Shown here in pieces: positions 20,201 through 30,600 of a stretch of 64,000 bases of DNA. The position numbers and the translations under genes are program-made. Position 1 is the stretch's first letter; every line of letters begins with the position of its first letter. The notes beneath the pieces were generated by a model. It was not told where the DNA came from and did not search any database. It was given only the letters and a program-made list of their open reading frames with translations. Origin of the DNA: a virus. Its lineage: Duplodnaviria > Caudoviricetes. Where the stretch lies: positions 735-64,734 of the IMG/VR virus record IMGVR_UViG_3300047560_001406. The stretch is one strand, 5' to 3'.

Positions 20201-20516
20201 GGTTCTCAAGTCCCTTTGCGTTCTTTGCAAGGATAATAAGGTGGTTATAGTTAAGATCTAGAAGGTCATTCTTTTCCTTCTTGTCTGTGTGATCAAAGCG
20301 GTCTTTTGTAATATACCCTTCGATTCCAAGAATAGGTTTAATTCCTGCTTCCTTAGCAGCACGGTACATTTCTCTGTGACCAGATAGAGATCCATGGTCA
20401 GTGATTGCAATAGCTGGCATTCCCAGCTCTACAGCACGGTCCACATATTCTTGTGGAGTTGCAATACCATCAAATAGGCTGTAGTGTGTGTGTACGTGGA
20501 GACCAGCGTAGCTCAT
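17241..20516 (-). CDS. dnaE: DNA polymerase III alpha subunit
   Basis: PHP LHVHTHYS/TDHG, GPGRGSAAGS, PDIDTD, HAAGV, YSFNKSH, C-terminal OB folds; no intein-sized insertion. Confidence 0.95.
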   Translation of the reverse strand: MSYAGLHVHTHYSLFDGIATPQEYVDRAVELGMPAIAITDHGSLSGHREMYRAAKEAGIKPILGIEGYITKDRFDHTDKKEKNDLLDLNYNHLIILAKNAKGLENLNKLNEIAWTEGFYKKPRIDWEVLEKYKDGLIVTSGCLSGFLAKAIEAENLAVAKEHIQWAKKTFGDDYYIEVMPHNPPEVNKLLLDLADEFGVKPVVTPDCHHSDPSQKEIQELKLILNSYSNKVEKDATYEGSKKYDNLMDRLDYLYGADRQMSFNKFEIHLLSDDEMHNAMKAQGIDREDMYEATREIVNKIEDYKIKDHLDLLPVQYQNPDKELRELALEGLKERNLESQEYLDRLEEELKVISDKNFGPYFLVVRSMISWAKKEGIMVGPGRGSAAGSLLCYALGITDIDPIEHGLLFFRFINPERNDFPDIDTDIQDSRREEVKDYLVRQYKHVASIATFLQFRGKGMVRDIARTLNVPLPDVNKVLKVVDDWDDYCTSKQSAWFREKYPEIETYGDLLRGRIRGTGIHAAGVVTSKQPIFKFAPLETRTSPGNKERIPVVAVDMEEAERIGLIKIDALGLKTLSVLKDTLNIIEERHDKKIDLLSVDMDDKNVYQMLSDGYTKGVFQCEATPYTNLLIKMGVKNLSELAASNALVRPGAMNTIGKDYIARKHGRQNIDYHHQVMKAFTAETYGCILYQEQVMQACTELGGMTMAEADKVRKIIGKKKDAKEFDQFKDKFVEGASKFISPNAAIELWHDFEAHAGYSFNKSHAVAYSTLSYWTAWLKYHYPLEFMYSILKNEKDKDARTEYLIETKRMGIPVKLPHVNDSDADFKIEGKGIRFGLTGIKYISDNIASKYMAARPFNSYKELEEFTFTKGNGVNSRALQSMRVVGAATFQDNPRNDQEIKENLYEYLNLPEFNISVPQHYHAFISDVEEFEEKGSFILMGMVKGIKRGKGWSRVEILDKTGSVGIFDEEQSAIETGKTYLILASDNRITEAIQIDEVGKIDSALIKYLNYKQLPYKDEEMFVVSFKPRITKAGKKMATLTLADASRDLHPVTVFPTAFAKAYMKIQEGTAYKFDLGKTKDGTVIMEDVHAI

Positions 20517-20540
20517 TTATTTCCTTTGTGTTTGTTAGTT

Positions 20541-20576
20541 ATTATAAATTATTGCATATTTGTGACAGATTGTCAA
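20541..20576 (-). promoter_or_regulatory. Promoter upstream of dnaE with a palindrome over the -35
   Basis: TTGACA, 17 nt, (TGC)AATAAT, with a second TATAAT downstream; inverted repeat TGACA-ATC-TGTCA. Confidence 0.65.
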
Positions 20577-20579
20577 GAG

Positions 20580-20613
20580 AGATAGAAGTGGGGGCAACCA
20601 AAGCTACCCCCAC
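20580..20613 (-). terminator. Terminator-like hairpin after the SSB gene
   Basis: GTGGGGGTAGC-TTTG-GTTGCCCCCAC followed by TTCTATCT. Confidence 0.7.
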
Positions 20614-20624
20614 AACTAAATTAA

Positions 20625-21278
20625 TTACCACTCAACGTTAGTGGATGTTACAGATGGAGTATCAAAACCAAAGTAGAAAGCTTCCTGCTCTGGATAAGGC
20701 ACTTCACGAACAACCTTCTCTAGGTTGTGGAATTCGTAGTCGCCCCACTTGAATGGTTCTGTGTCAGGCTTGGTAGGAAGAAGAGTATAGTTGGTTTCAG
20801 TTCCCTGACCATTACGCTTTAGCTTCCACTCAAGATTAGAAACAGATCCTGTCTCAAGTGCGTATTCACGAATTGTGTTGAATGCTGATTGCTTAGTAAC
20901 ACCCTGTGACCAAACGGCAATGTATGGTGCTTCTAGTGCATCATCAACTAGAACGTTGCAATAGAAACGAAGCTTAGCTCTCCAGCCAGCCTTTGGCTCC
21001 TTACGAGCCATTTCACATGCAAAGCAGCGACCTTCAGTTTCCATAGTACATGCAGCCATACGCTTGTAGTCCTTTGGATTTGTGTGCTGTGCGATTACTA
21101 CAGAAAGGCCACGAGCCTCATCGTAGTGTGCTGAGTCCTGATCCAGTTCCTCTACGAAACGGATCTTAGCAGCTTGACCATCTGCAAGCTTTACCCAGCG
21201 AACCTTTGTTGCTGTACCTTCGAATTTTGGCTTGTCAAGGATTGCATTGATATCCTTTAGCCCTTTAATTACACCCAT
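20625..21278 (-). CDS. Single-stranded DNA-binding protein (gp32-like)
   Basis: WVKLADG..KIRF, H..C..C..C zinc motif, KRNGQGTETNY, acidic/aromatic tail; lies between primase and polymerase. Confidence 0.7.
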   Translation of the reverse strand: MGVIKGLKDINAILDKPKFEGTATKVRWVKLADGQAAKIRFVEELDQDSAHYDEARGLSVVIAQHTNPKDYKRMAACTMETEGRCFACEMARKEPKAGWRAKLRFYCNVLVDDALEAPYIAVWSQGVTKQSAFNTIREYALETGSVSNLEWKLKRNGQGTETNYTLLPTKPDTEPFKWGDYEFHNLEKVVREVPYPEQEAFYFGFDTPSVTSTNVEW

Positions 21279-21306
21279 GGTGTTCTCCTTATTGTTTGTT
21301 GTTGTA

Positions 21307-22218
21307 TCAGTTTAGCATAGCCATGATTGATTTGTCAAATGACATATCTAGCTTTTTTATGTCTTCATCACTCATATCGCCAATATCTTTATATCTGCTA
21401 TCTAACTTAATTACAGTGACAGAAGATCCAAGATTTTCAACAATCTTATTCTTCATATTGCCACCTGCCTCATCATTATCTGCAACTACAAAAATAGAGT
21501 TGAAGTATTTGCGAAGAAGTTCTATTTGTTTATTTGAGACGTTAGCACCAAGGGTTGCAACAGCAGGAAGACCAACCTGGTCCAACCGTATTGCATCAAA
21601 TGATGACTCAACGACGTACACCCTATTAGATGTTTTTACTCTATGTAGGTTAAACAAAACTTTTGATTTTGGAAGGCCAGGAGTATTCTTAAAATCCTTG
21701 CCTTCGATTGATCTACCAACGAATCCTACTTCCATTCCATCTGGAGCAGATACTGGTATAGTAACCATATCTTGCTTCTCTGAAAATCCTAGCATAAATT
21801 TTTTGACAGATGAATCTGTAATTGAGCGACCTGCAAAATATTGCATAGCTCTGTGAGAATCTAGTGCTTGAATATTTAATCTTTTAATTAATACCTGATC
21901 ATACTGGGTATAGTCAGGAACGCTAATAAGCTTTTTCTCAATATCATTGGTGATTGATGAGAGACCCTCTCTTGACTTAATGAAACGAGCAGACTCAAAA
22001 TATGTACGATTAGTTGTATGCATAACAAGTTCTACCAAGTCTGCGATGTGGTGACATGAAAAGCAAAAGAATTTTCCAGTGTTCTTGTCTACTTCGCCAG
22101 CAGGTGTGCGATTATTTGCATGGAATGGACAAAAAATGATGTAGTCAGTATCTACCTCTTTTTCAATTGTCAATCCAGAACCAATTAGGACTTTTTTAAT
22201 CTGATCAGTGGTATACAT
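21307..22218 (-). CDS. DNA primase (CHC2 zinc finger + Toprim)
   Basis: CPFH...CFSC, GFVGR, VVESSFDA, ADNDEAG, KDIGD. Confidence 0.9.
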   Translation of the reverse strand: MYTTDQIKKVLIGSGLTIEKEVDTDYIIFCPFHANNRTPAGEVDKNTGKFFCFSCHHIADLVELVMHTTNRTYFESARFIKSREGLSSITNDIEKKLISVPDYTQYDQVLIKRLNIQALDSHRAMQYFAGRSITDSSVKKFMLGFSEKQDMVTIPVSAPDGMEVGFVGRSIEGKDFKNTPGLPKSKVLFNLHRVKTSNRVYVVESSFDAIRLDQVGLPAVATLGANVSNKQIELLRKYFNSIFVVADNDEAGGNMKNKIVENLGSSVTVIKLDSRYKDIGDMSDEDIKKLDMSFDKSIMAMLN

Positions 22219-23438
22219 TACTGTCCTTCAAAATCCTTATAGCGGTAGTATCCTCTATCAAAGTCTGCCTGTACCATAAATTCACCCATAAATCCATTAC
22301 GGTTCTTACGGAAGACACACTCAATAATGTCAGAATTAGTTCCACGACCTAGTGCTAGCACCCAGTCAGCATCATAAGCAATCTGACGTGACCAAGCAGT
22401 CTGTCCAAGTGTAGGAACAGTATCAAGTTTAGTTACATCATCAGGAGTAGCTGATGAGATAGCAATAATTGGAACTTCTTCGCTGATAGCCATAAGCTTT
22501 AGCTCACGAGATAGGTTCTTCATACGTACCGTTTCAGAATCCGCCTTCTGATTTGGCGACATTAGCTGTAGATAATCAACTACTACAAAGTCTGGCTTAT
22601 ATTGATCAATCTTTCCACGAAGAACTGAGGGAGTTACGTCTCCACCAGAATCATTAGAGATGATGTGGAACTCTGGCTTTCCCTGCAAATTCTTCTCGTG
22701 CCACATCTTTAGGTCACTAATCTCAATCTGACCAGAAGAAAGTTTTCTATGAGACCAAAGACCTTCACCCATAATTGCGAACACACGGTTGCGAACTTCT
22801 GTCTCACTCATTTCAAGTGATACGATCATTGGAGACTTGCCCTGCTTCCATGCTTGTACAGCAAAGTAAAGGGATAGCCATGACTTTCCAATACCTGGAT
22901 ATGCAAGAAATACTCCAAGTTGTCCTGGCATAATTCCTGCAGGAAGATAGTTATCAAATCCTGGAAGACCAGTCTTAATACCAGTAGTGCCAAGTGCAGC
23001 CTGTTTTTGCACATTCTCATAGTAAGCAACGGCAGAATCAACATCCGTAACATCAATATCACGGATAGCAGCAGTATTCTTGCGTAGCTCTGATGTCTTT
23101 GAAATAAGACTTTCCAAAGCCTCTAGACCCTTGTCTGCCTGAACATCTGCAGCAGCATTACGGATAATATCTTTGAGACTATCATTCATGTACTCTGCTT
23201 GAAGCTCTTCTAGGTGATGCTTAGTTGCACCAACACCTTCTACTGGAGAAAAGTCTCTAAACTTATCAACTACCAATGATGCAGGAGGAACAGATCCATT
23301 ATTTTCAAAGTATAGACGAATGAAATTCCAGATGTCTTTATGTGTCTTCAAAATGTTCTCTACGTTGGCCTGTAAAAGAACATGCATCTGTTTGTCAGCA
23401 AGAACGGCAGAGATTACCTTTGATTCTGTGTTATTCAC
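22218..23438 (-). CDS. dnaB: DnaB-like replicative helicase
   Basis: AYPGIGKS, SLEM, VVVDYLQLM, IAYDAD, KNRNG. Confidence 0.92.
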   Translation of the reverse strand: MNNTESKVISAVLADKQMHVLLQANVENILKTHKDIWNFIRLYFENNGSVPPASLVVDKFRDFSPVEGVGATKHHLEELQAEYMNDSLKDIIRNAAADVQADKGLEALESLISKTSELRKNTAAIRDIDVTDVDSAVAYYENVQKQAALGTTGIKTGLPGFDNYLPAGIMPGQLGVFLAYPGIGKSWLSLYFAVQAWKQGKSPMIVSLEMSETEVRNRVFAIMGEGLWSHRKLSSGQIEISDLKMWHEKNLQGKPEFHIISNDSGGDVTPSVLRGKIDQYKPDFVVVDYLQLMSPNQKADSETVRMKNLSRELKLMAISEEVPIIAISSATPDDVTKLDTVPTLGQTAWSRQIAYDADWVLALGRGTNSDIIECVFRKNRNGFMGEFMVQADFDRGYYRYKDFEGQ

Positions 23439-23739
23439 TTAGCCACTTCCTTGCCATTTCTCTTCGTTGTTTTCTTTCTTCTTCGTCTGTTTTATGTTGT
23501 GCTTGTTTATCAATTATATCATGTGCATAATTTGCGAAATATTTCCATGTTGGATTTTGTGCAACAGTAAAATAGTATTCTAGTAAATCATAACATGCTG
23601 GCATGCCATACGACTCAATAAGGGCATCAGCTGCCCATTGTTCAACATTTAGATTTAAAGAAGGCTTCTGCTCAAATCGCAATGTGTGCAATTTAGAGTA
23701 ACGACTGAGCAAAGCCATTCGGTCTTTGCGTTCAGCCAT
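23431..23739 (-). CDS. Hypothetical protein upstream of helicase
   Basis: 102-aa ORF coupled to dnaB. Confidence 0.65.
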   Translation of the reverse strand: MAERKDRMALLSRYSKLHTLRFEQKPSLNLNVEQWAADALIESYGMPACYDLLEYYFTVAQNPTWKYFANYAHDIIDKQAQHKTDEEERKQRREMARKWLSE

Positions 23740-23942
23740 TATTCGACTTCAGACTTTGCTTCTGTAACTTTTTCAGCAAGCTTTGTCTCTACAAAAGAGT
23801 AGACACGGTCAAAGGCCTCATTAATGCTTTCACCTTCACGCTTGTTATCAATAACATTGAGATCAATCCTCAATGACTGGAAGTTCCCTAGATTAAGTGT
23901 ATAACCTAGTGTTACTCCTACTTTAGTGTTTTCGTTTTCCAT
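23739..23942 (-). CDS. Hypothetical phage protein
   Basis: 67 aa with TLNLGNFQSLRID; RBS AAGGA. Confidence 0.65.
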   Translation of the reverse strand: MENENTKVGVTLGYTLNLGNFQSLRIDLNVIDNKREGESINEAFDRVYSFVETKLAEKVTEAKSEVE

Positions 23943-23956
23943 ACCCGTTTTCCTTA

Positions 23957-24514
23957 CTAGATGGATTCAGACCATACTGGGATGAACCTACCATCTTCTG
24001 TTTTTGTATATGTAAGTATACCATCTCCCATACGCCTTGTCAACTCCTGGCGTGTTGGGGTGATATTATTCGTTATTAACTTATCCTTACGTGGACCACC
24101 AATGTGGTACGAAGCTAGTATATCACGAAGTTCAAAAACTTGCGACTCAGAGTAGTAAGACCTTACCTGAAAACCCGTTCTACCGCCCTTCTGTGACCCC
24201 ATGGCAGGTGGAACTATGCCTCGGCGGACTAATGACGGCATGTACTTCTTATGTCTGTTAACTAGACTAGCAGTCTCTCCAACCGTGAAGGCTCTTTCTC
24301 TATTTTTCTTAAAATCACTAATAAGACAGCTTTCAATTCTATCTTGTGTAATATTATAAACAGACATTATTCCATTTGATCTGTTTAGGTGGTGTACACG
24401 AACCAAGTCACCATTTAGAAAATATACCTTTTTGTTACCAGGTATTACTGGAGCATTGTTATAATCTTCACGGGATAGCTGTCCCAATCTATGTGCTCTA
24501 GGCTTTTTATGCAT
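23957..24514 (-). CDS. Putative MerR-like winged-HTH DNA-binding protein
   Basis: FTVGETASLVNRHKKYM...RGIVPP...RSYYSESQV pattern. Confidence 0.55.
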   Translation of the reverse strand: MHKKPRAHRLGQLSREDYNNAPVIPGNKKVYFLNGDLVRVHHLNRSNGIMSVYNITQDRIESCLISDFKKNRERAFTVGETASLVNRHKKYMPSLVRRGIVPPAMGSQKGGRTGFQVRSYYSESQVFELRDILASYHIGGPRKDKLITNNITPTRQELTRRMGDGILTYTKTEDGRFIPVWSESI

Positions 24515-24518
24515 TTCA

Positions 24519-24965
24519 CTAATTCGGTATTCCTATGATAATTAGGTTTAGCCCAACAGATAAGCTTCCTGAACCAGAAAAGATTACAGTTCCATTTACC
24601 TGATTTTGTCCAACAGACTTGATCATAACACTAACTCCAGTTCCTGCATCTGATCCAGATACTGTTACTGGTGTTGCAGTCACAACTGGTGGATATTTAA
24701 AGTATGATGGGAATTGATACGACCATGGAACAGATGTTCCTGCAGCAACGTTACCATTAGATACTTCGGTGTATCCTCCAACAAAGCATGCCTCGGATGT
24801 CTTTACAGTCTGATTACCTGCACTTGGTGTGTTGATAGTTGTTAGCTTCATTGTTGGTGAGTCAGAAACTCTTCCAGCTAATGTATTGATTGCATTAGCT
24901 AATTCTAGTAAATAGGTAGCATCGATTGGCTGACCTGCACTTGGTGTTCTTATTATATTTGCCAT
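24519..24965 (-). CDS. Minor tail/virion protein
   Basis: F..F.YPPVVTATP...LNLIIIG beta-sandwich pattern; end of the tail module. Confidence 0.55.
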   Translation of the reverse strand: MANIIRTPSAGQPIDATYLLELANAINTLAGRVSDSPTMKLTTINTPSAGNQTVKTSEACFVGGYTEVSNGNVAAGTSVPWSYQFPSYFKYPPVVTATPVTVSGSDAGTGVSVMIKSVGQNQVNGTVIFSGSGSLSVGLNLIIIGIPN

Positions 24966-24989
24966 TTTTTCTCCTATTACATTATACCA

Positions 24990-25412
24990 TTAAAGGTCTT
25001 GGCTGCCCTCGTAGATTTTTACTAAATTGGTTGATCCAGTAGAAGCAGCTTTTGAATAGGTTGCTGCCTGAACTAGAATGTAGATCTTAGTGTGTCCTTG
25101 ATCAGGGATTATTGAGTAATTATTTGCAGATGTTCTTCCATGAAAAACATATGGATCAGATGTATCATACCTAACAAAAATGTCATGAGAATTAAGATGG
25201 TTTGTGTTTTGCCATGTGATATCAACAACGCCATTAGCTAATCTAATTACTCCTGAAACAACAACCACTGGTTCAGCATTTACCTTATACATTGGGGACC
25301 AATCTGACACAGAAACAGTATTCTGAACAACCCTATACTTAACATAATATTGATTATTATTATCAACAAGTGGAAGCTCTGATTTGTTAATTATGCTCTT
25401 TTTGTTAGACAT
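24990..25412 (-). CDS. Putative virion protein (Ig/Fn3-like)
   Basis: Tail module position; VDITW..DIFVRYD pattern. Confidence 0.5.
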   Translation of the reverse strand: MSNKKSIINKSELPLVDNNNQYYVKYRVVQNTVSVSDWSPMYKVNAEPVVVVSGVIRLANGVVDITWQNTNHLNSHDIFVRYDTSDPYVFHGRTSANNYSIIPDQGHTKIYILVQAATYSKAASTGSTNLVKIYEGSQDL

Positions 25413-26782
25413 TAAACATCCATCCCAAACCTAAACTCAATGTAGTTTGTGGTATTCTCTAGCTTTTTTACTGTAGCAGAGTCTGATGTTTTAACAACAG
25501 AATATGCTGTTAGTCCATATAGAGGATTTATTGTCTGTGTGTTTTCAAGCCTTAGTGCATCTAAACCAATATAAAACAGGTCTGTTGGACCATCTGTATC
25601 ACTAACAGATGCATATACTCTTACTGCCTTTACCTGTGACCAAGAGAAGTTGGCTGATGTAATAAGCTCACTAATCTTTTTTGATACAACGAAATATCTA
25701 TTTGTTATAAAATTGTAATCATCTGCAGATAAATGAATTTCCATTTTAGCAGACTCAGCATTTGTAGAGTCATCAACAGAGAACTCAACGACGATATTCA
25801 CTTCTTCTGGAATATCGGCCTCAGCACCTCTTGTATTAATTACTGAGAATGCAAGTCTAATTTCGTCTGCTGGTGAATTTTTATCTAAATTTAAACCAGA
25901 GATAGCAAGGTGGATATGGTCTCCAGACTCAACTGTAATTCTTTTTGTTGAATTATTGTATGATAGGTCTGCTGTATTGCCACGAATTGCAACAATATTA
26001 TTTAGATATCTACATGTCTCATATCTATCAACTCTAACCTTGTTGGCAAATAGGGTGTTTGTTGCGTTAGTATGGAATACCTTACAATCTTTTGATACGC
26101 CATCAACTGTATACGTACCCTCAATTAAGTTTGCTGTATTTGGATCAAGTGGTGTATAGATGGTTGGAATTCTATCAATTGATGAACCATGATATTGCCA
26201 ATTTTCTGATTGTGAAAATGAGTAAAGAGTTCTACTATCATATGCCCCTGCATCTGGATTAGACTGTGCAGGGAACACGCCAATCTCTGTAATCTCATAT
26301 CTTTCTTCAGTTGGCAACTCAGCAGTAAAAATAATATCTGTGAAATAAGTTTTAGCTACTCCACCAGATGTATATGAGTCTGTTATATTTGAGCCTACAG
26401 AAAAAGTAGTAGATGATGCCTCAAGGATGGTAGCTGCTTCTGTATTTAGTGATAATGGTGTAATGCCACTTATTGTAACCGTGTCACCAGCAACGAAATC
26501 ATTATTTGCAGTATAGGTAATTATCCCATTGCTATGTGATGCACCAGTAATTGTAGCATTTCCAGATTCTTCTGTCAAGTACCCCTTTGAGATAATTGGA
26601 ACACGGAACATTTCAAACTCTAAATTATTCTTAATTCTATGTTCCTCATTGTCTGCTTGAGAAACACTAGTATTGCTATCGTATGGTGTTGGACCACACC
26701 CAAGTGCAATATATGCAGCATACGAAGTTGATTGTCCAACCATGTATTTTGTTAAAAGCTGCTTTCCTTTATTAGTTATCAT
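25412..26782 (-). CDS. Minor tail/baseplate protein
   Basis: MITNKGK..YIALGCG..AELP...ITEIGVF, typical of fibre-attachment/baseplate proteins. Confidence 0.6.
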   Translation of the reverse strand: MITNKGKQLLTKYMVGQSTSYAAYIALGCGPTPYDSNTSVSQADNEEHRIKNNLEFEMFRVPIISKGYLTEESGNATITGASHSNGIITYTANNDFVAGDTVTISGITPLSLNTEAATILEASSTTFSVGSNITDSYTSGGVAKTYFTDIIFTAELPTEERYEITEIGVFPAQSNPDAGAYDSRTLYSFSQSENWQYHGSSIDRIPTIYTPLDPNTANLIEGTYTVDGVSKDCKVFHTNATNTLFANKVRVDRYETCRYLNNIVAIRGNTADLSYNNSTKRITVESGDHIHLAISGLNLDKNSPADEIRLAFSVINTRGAEADIPEEVNIVVEFSVDDSTNAESAKMEIHLSADDYNFITNRYFVVSKKISELITSANFSWSQVKAVRVYASVSDTDGPTDLFYIGLDALRLENTQTINPLYGLTAYSVVKTSDSATVKKLENTTNYIEFRFGMDV

Positions 26783-26792
26783 ATCATTTACC

Positions 26793-27674
26793 TCAATATA
26801 TTATATCATCCGTAATAGCTGACTCAAAGCCTATCTGAACCTGCATTGTATTGTCTATATTTGTTAGCTCAACAACTATATTGCCACTGGCATCTAGATA
26901 TACTGGACGATTTAGTCCAGAAGGATCGTCTGTAGTATCTGGAATAAACTTATGTCTTTTAAGAGGATACTTATTAAAAAGTTGCTCTGATGTATTCTGC
27001 AAGGCAATAAGATTAGCTGCACCATAGATTGTCTCAATTTTTGCCAAATTAGATATTTGTTGATATTTAATATCTATCCCATTAAGCAAATCATGTCTAG
27101 CTATGGATAGAATTTCTGTACCGCCAATATCCTCAAACAGTAGGTCAGCCATTGCATCCATTGGAAGTACTTCATCATTAACAAGAATAATATCTGGTCT
27201 GGCTGGCTTTACGGCTGGATCTGAGGTTGCAGGAGTTGCTGGTGCAACATTTGGAACTGCACTGCCCCCACCACCTGCAGATGATGAGCTACTAGAAGAT
27301 GATGAAGATGAGCTACTAGATGAATTATTATTTGATCCATCATCTTGAGTATCCAATGCCTGCTTATCTTTATTTTCTGGTGTTGGATTTTGGTTTGACG
27401 ATACTGGTGGGCCAATATTCAAAATTGCTTTTTCTGCAGCAGTCAAAGTCTGTCCACCAGTTAATTTTCTTAAAGCTGCTGCTGATTCTTCATATACTTT
27501 TGCCTGGGCAGCTTTCTTTTCAGCTGCTGCAGCCTGTGCTGCCAGTCGCTTTGTTTCGACTTCATCTTGGCTGTATGCTCCAGTTGGACTAAGACCAAGC
27601 AAAGACTTTTCAGCAGGTGTCATAGTTATACCACTCTGAAGTTTTCTTAAGGCTTCTCTTGAGTCAACTGCCAT
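26793..27674 (-). CDS. Tail-module protein with poly-Ser linker
   Basis: Duplicated ALRKLxxGxTxTxAEK motif, 16-Ser run, globular C-terminus. Confidence 0.55.
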   Translation of the reverse strand: MAVDSREALRKLQSGITMTPAEKSLLGLSPTGAYSQDEVETKRLAAQAAAAEKKAAQAKVYEESAAALRKLTGGQTLTAAEKAILNIGPPVSSNQNPTPENKDKQALDTQDDGSNNNSSSSSSSSSSSSSSSAGGGGSAVPNVAPATPATSDPAVKPARPDIILVNDEVLPMDAMADLLFEDIGGTEILSIARHDLLNGIDIKYQQISNLAKIETIYGAANLIALQNTSEQLFNKYPLKRHKFIPDTTDDPSGLNRPVYLDASGNIVVELTNIDNTMQVQIGFESAITDDIIY

Positions 27675-27675
27675 A

Positions 27676-30600
27676 TTAAATTACCTCGCTCACGAATACT
27701 TGTGATGATGGACCATCTGGTGTAACACTATACTCTATATGATATACAACAAATTTCTTTTTTCTATCTACAAGCTGGTCAACTCCAGCATCATCAGTCC
27801 AAAATACCTGAACAATATCACCAAGTTGTAGAACAGATCCTGCAAATACAGATAATCCTAATTGCTTGCGTGGCTTCATCGTTTTGGCAACTAGCCAACC
27901 CATAAGCGATCTTGCAGAATCTTCATTCTGAATATATTTTGATGTTAGTGAGAATTCATTTGTTCCATATGCTGCACGACTAGCCTTAATATCAAAGTAT
28001 TCTTTTTCTACCTTATATGGAGAATTGGTTCCTGATATAATTCCATCAACATTAGAAAAATCACTATTGTACTTATAATAATCATCTACAGTTAGCTTTC
28101 TATCTGAATTTTGAGTGAATGTCACACCCTGAATTCTTAAATAGTTTCCAGTAGTTTCATCAAGACTGATTGCGGTGTCTGTGTGATTAAATACTAGGAA
28201 TTCTGCACCGTAGGCATTTGGAAGGAATCCTGAAACTGTATACCCCTTAAGCCTACTTGGTGTTGGAGAAATCTTTGCACTTAGTGCTGGAAAAGCCTTA
28301 TCATATTTAATGTTAAAATATGCAGCTTCACGCATTATTGTTCCGAATTCGTCAAAGTACATATCATAGGCTGGGCCTTGTTGACTACTAATATCAGATA
28401 GGTATGTTTTCTGAATAGTACCGCTCATTGCATATTTTCTCATTGATTCTGATATATCTACAATATCATCATTAAAAATAGAATTAATTGGTGTACCAAG
28501 GTTAGCAGAAGAATCTGATGAGTACTTCTTAGAAATAGCAGAAATATTTTCAAACATAGCTCTTGATGTTCCACGAACAAAAGGTGCAATATTTTGATAT
28601 GCTGGAAGCGGATCATTATCATCTACAATTGCAACATTCTGATTATTAATATATAGATGGAATCTTCTTATTCCATTTTTTGCAATATCTTCATATTCAA
28701 CAGCGATGTCGTATACTGTTGGATTTTGACTTCCTGCTATACGTGATTGGCCAGTGAAATCTCCAGAATCAACTAGAATGTTTGCAGTCCCAGACCAGAG
28801 TCTTACTGGTACAGCAGCACCACTAGATGATGACTTAATTTTATAAAACATTACATTATTGAGTGTAATATCATCTTTGCCAGTTGCACTGTCATTGGTT
28901 AATGCCATTATCTCAAAATAATATCCTACATTGGTAGATGAGTTAAGCATTACAGCTAATCCTGCAGATGATCCACCTATCTGTCCATTATCGTAATAGC
29001 CCATAGATCCAATTGGTGACTGAATCTTATTTGTACCCTTTTCTGGTCTGCCAATAATTCTTAGTCTTGTGCTAAAGTGTGCATATGGCCTATTCAGTGA
29101 TTTAGGTACATAACTAATATAATCTGTTGCTTTTGTATCTGCTGTGAAGGTTGGGCCTTCCATTACTAGTGCAGATGACTGAACTGTTCCAACCTCAGTG
29201 GCCTTTAGTTGATTTATTTTTGCATCTGTCTTATATGTACCACTTAAAGAATTTCTAATAATTCCATTTCGTGAACATGTTACTACCTTGGCATTTTCAA
29301 TACCTGCAGCACCCACAGATAGTGTCTTACTTTTTGCAGTTGCTTGTGCTTCATCAAAAGATATCAGGTCTGTAAATGACATTGAGCATCCACGAGTTGG
29401 ATTTGCCCCATCAGCATTTGACCATTCATTACCTAATCCAGCACTATGTGAAACAATTGGTGTGCCAAATTGACCACGCCCATGCTTTTCTACAGCACCA
29501 TCTTTAAACCTAACAATACCATTTACAGTTTCATACTTTGGCTCACAATATATTCTGACTCTTCCTGTTGGAAACATTGCTCCACCAAACTTGAGTTCTT
29601 GGAAGTAATTAGAATATTCTTGTGTATCCTGAATCCACACTGTTGAGGCTTTTCCAGTTATTGCATATTCAACTGCATCATATTTTATTATTTCTCCATT
29701 AGCAAAGAAGTATCCATTGTATCTAGATAAGAAATAAGAGCCTTCTGCAAAATCAATAATATTATTAATTATAGAATTATTTACAACTGTTGGAATTGAG
29801 TCAGATAAATTGGAGTTTAGTGGAATTGCAGAAAGAGTATAAGATGATGAATTTGTCATCTGACCATTTTGAGACTTTGTATTGAGAGATCCAGACGCTT
29901 CCCACAAAAGAGCAGGCTTATAAAACCATGTCTTATCTCTATCAATAAAGAATGCCTGCTTAACGGAGCCATATGATCTCTGAATATATTTCTCCTGAAA
30001 GCTTATGCTTCCGCCATTAAAGACCTTAGACTCTTGAGAAGATATAGACTCAATGTTAGCATCTATAAGATTAGTCTTTTCTCCACTCAGAATCATTGAT
30101 GTATCTCTTGATGGTGTTGAGTCTGGTAGCATATACCCCTTTGACATGACAATAAGGTTATTTTCTTCATCAAAGAATATTGCAGATTGTGATGATACCG
30201 CCAGGTCTTGAAGAACTTGCATAATAGATTGATCACTATTTGTATAGAAATATGGAATTGTTAGTTCTGTCTCTCCATCCATTCTTAAAAATTTGTAGTT
30301 TGAAAAACCAACATAATCTAATAATGTTGAAATAGCCACACTTAAAGATACATCAACAAGCAATATCTCTGGAGCCATTGATTGTTCAAACAGGAATGTC
30401 AAATCTCTTAGGTCAAATGATACATCTCTTGTATTGGCATCAACAGTAGGTCTATTTGACGAGTATAAAGTTTTAATCGGAATAAGATATTTTGACCCAG
30501 AATTATCTGTAATTTGCTCATATACCATAAATTTAATCATTTGATCTAGATATGGTGCAATCACACTTAGCTTATTATTCTCATTAAAGATTTCATCATA

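Noticed and set aside
17241-20516. Inteins or introns in dnaE, also checked in nrdJ, terL, dnaB and recA
   Set aside because: Lengths are normal, and no splice-junction motifs or homing endonuclease insertions were seen.
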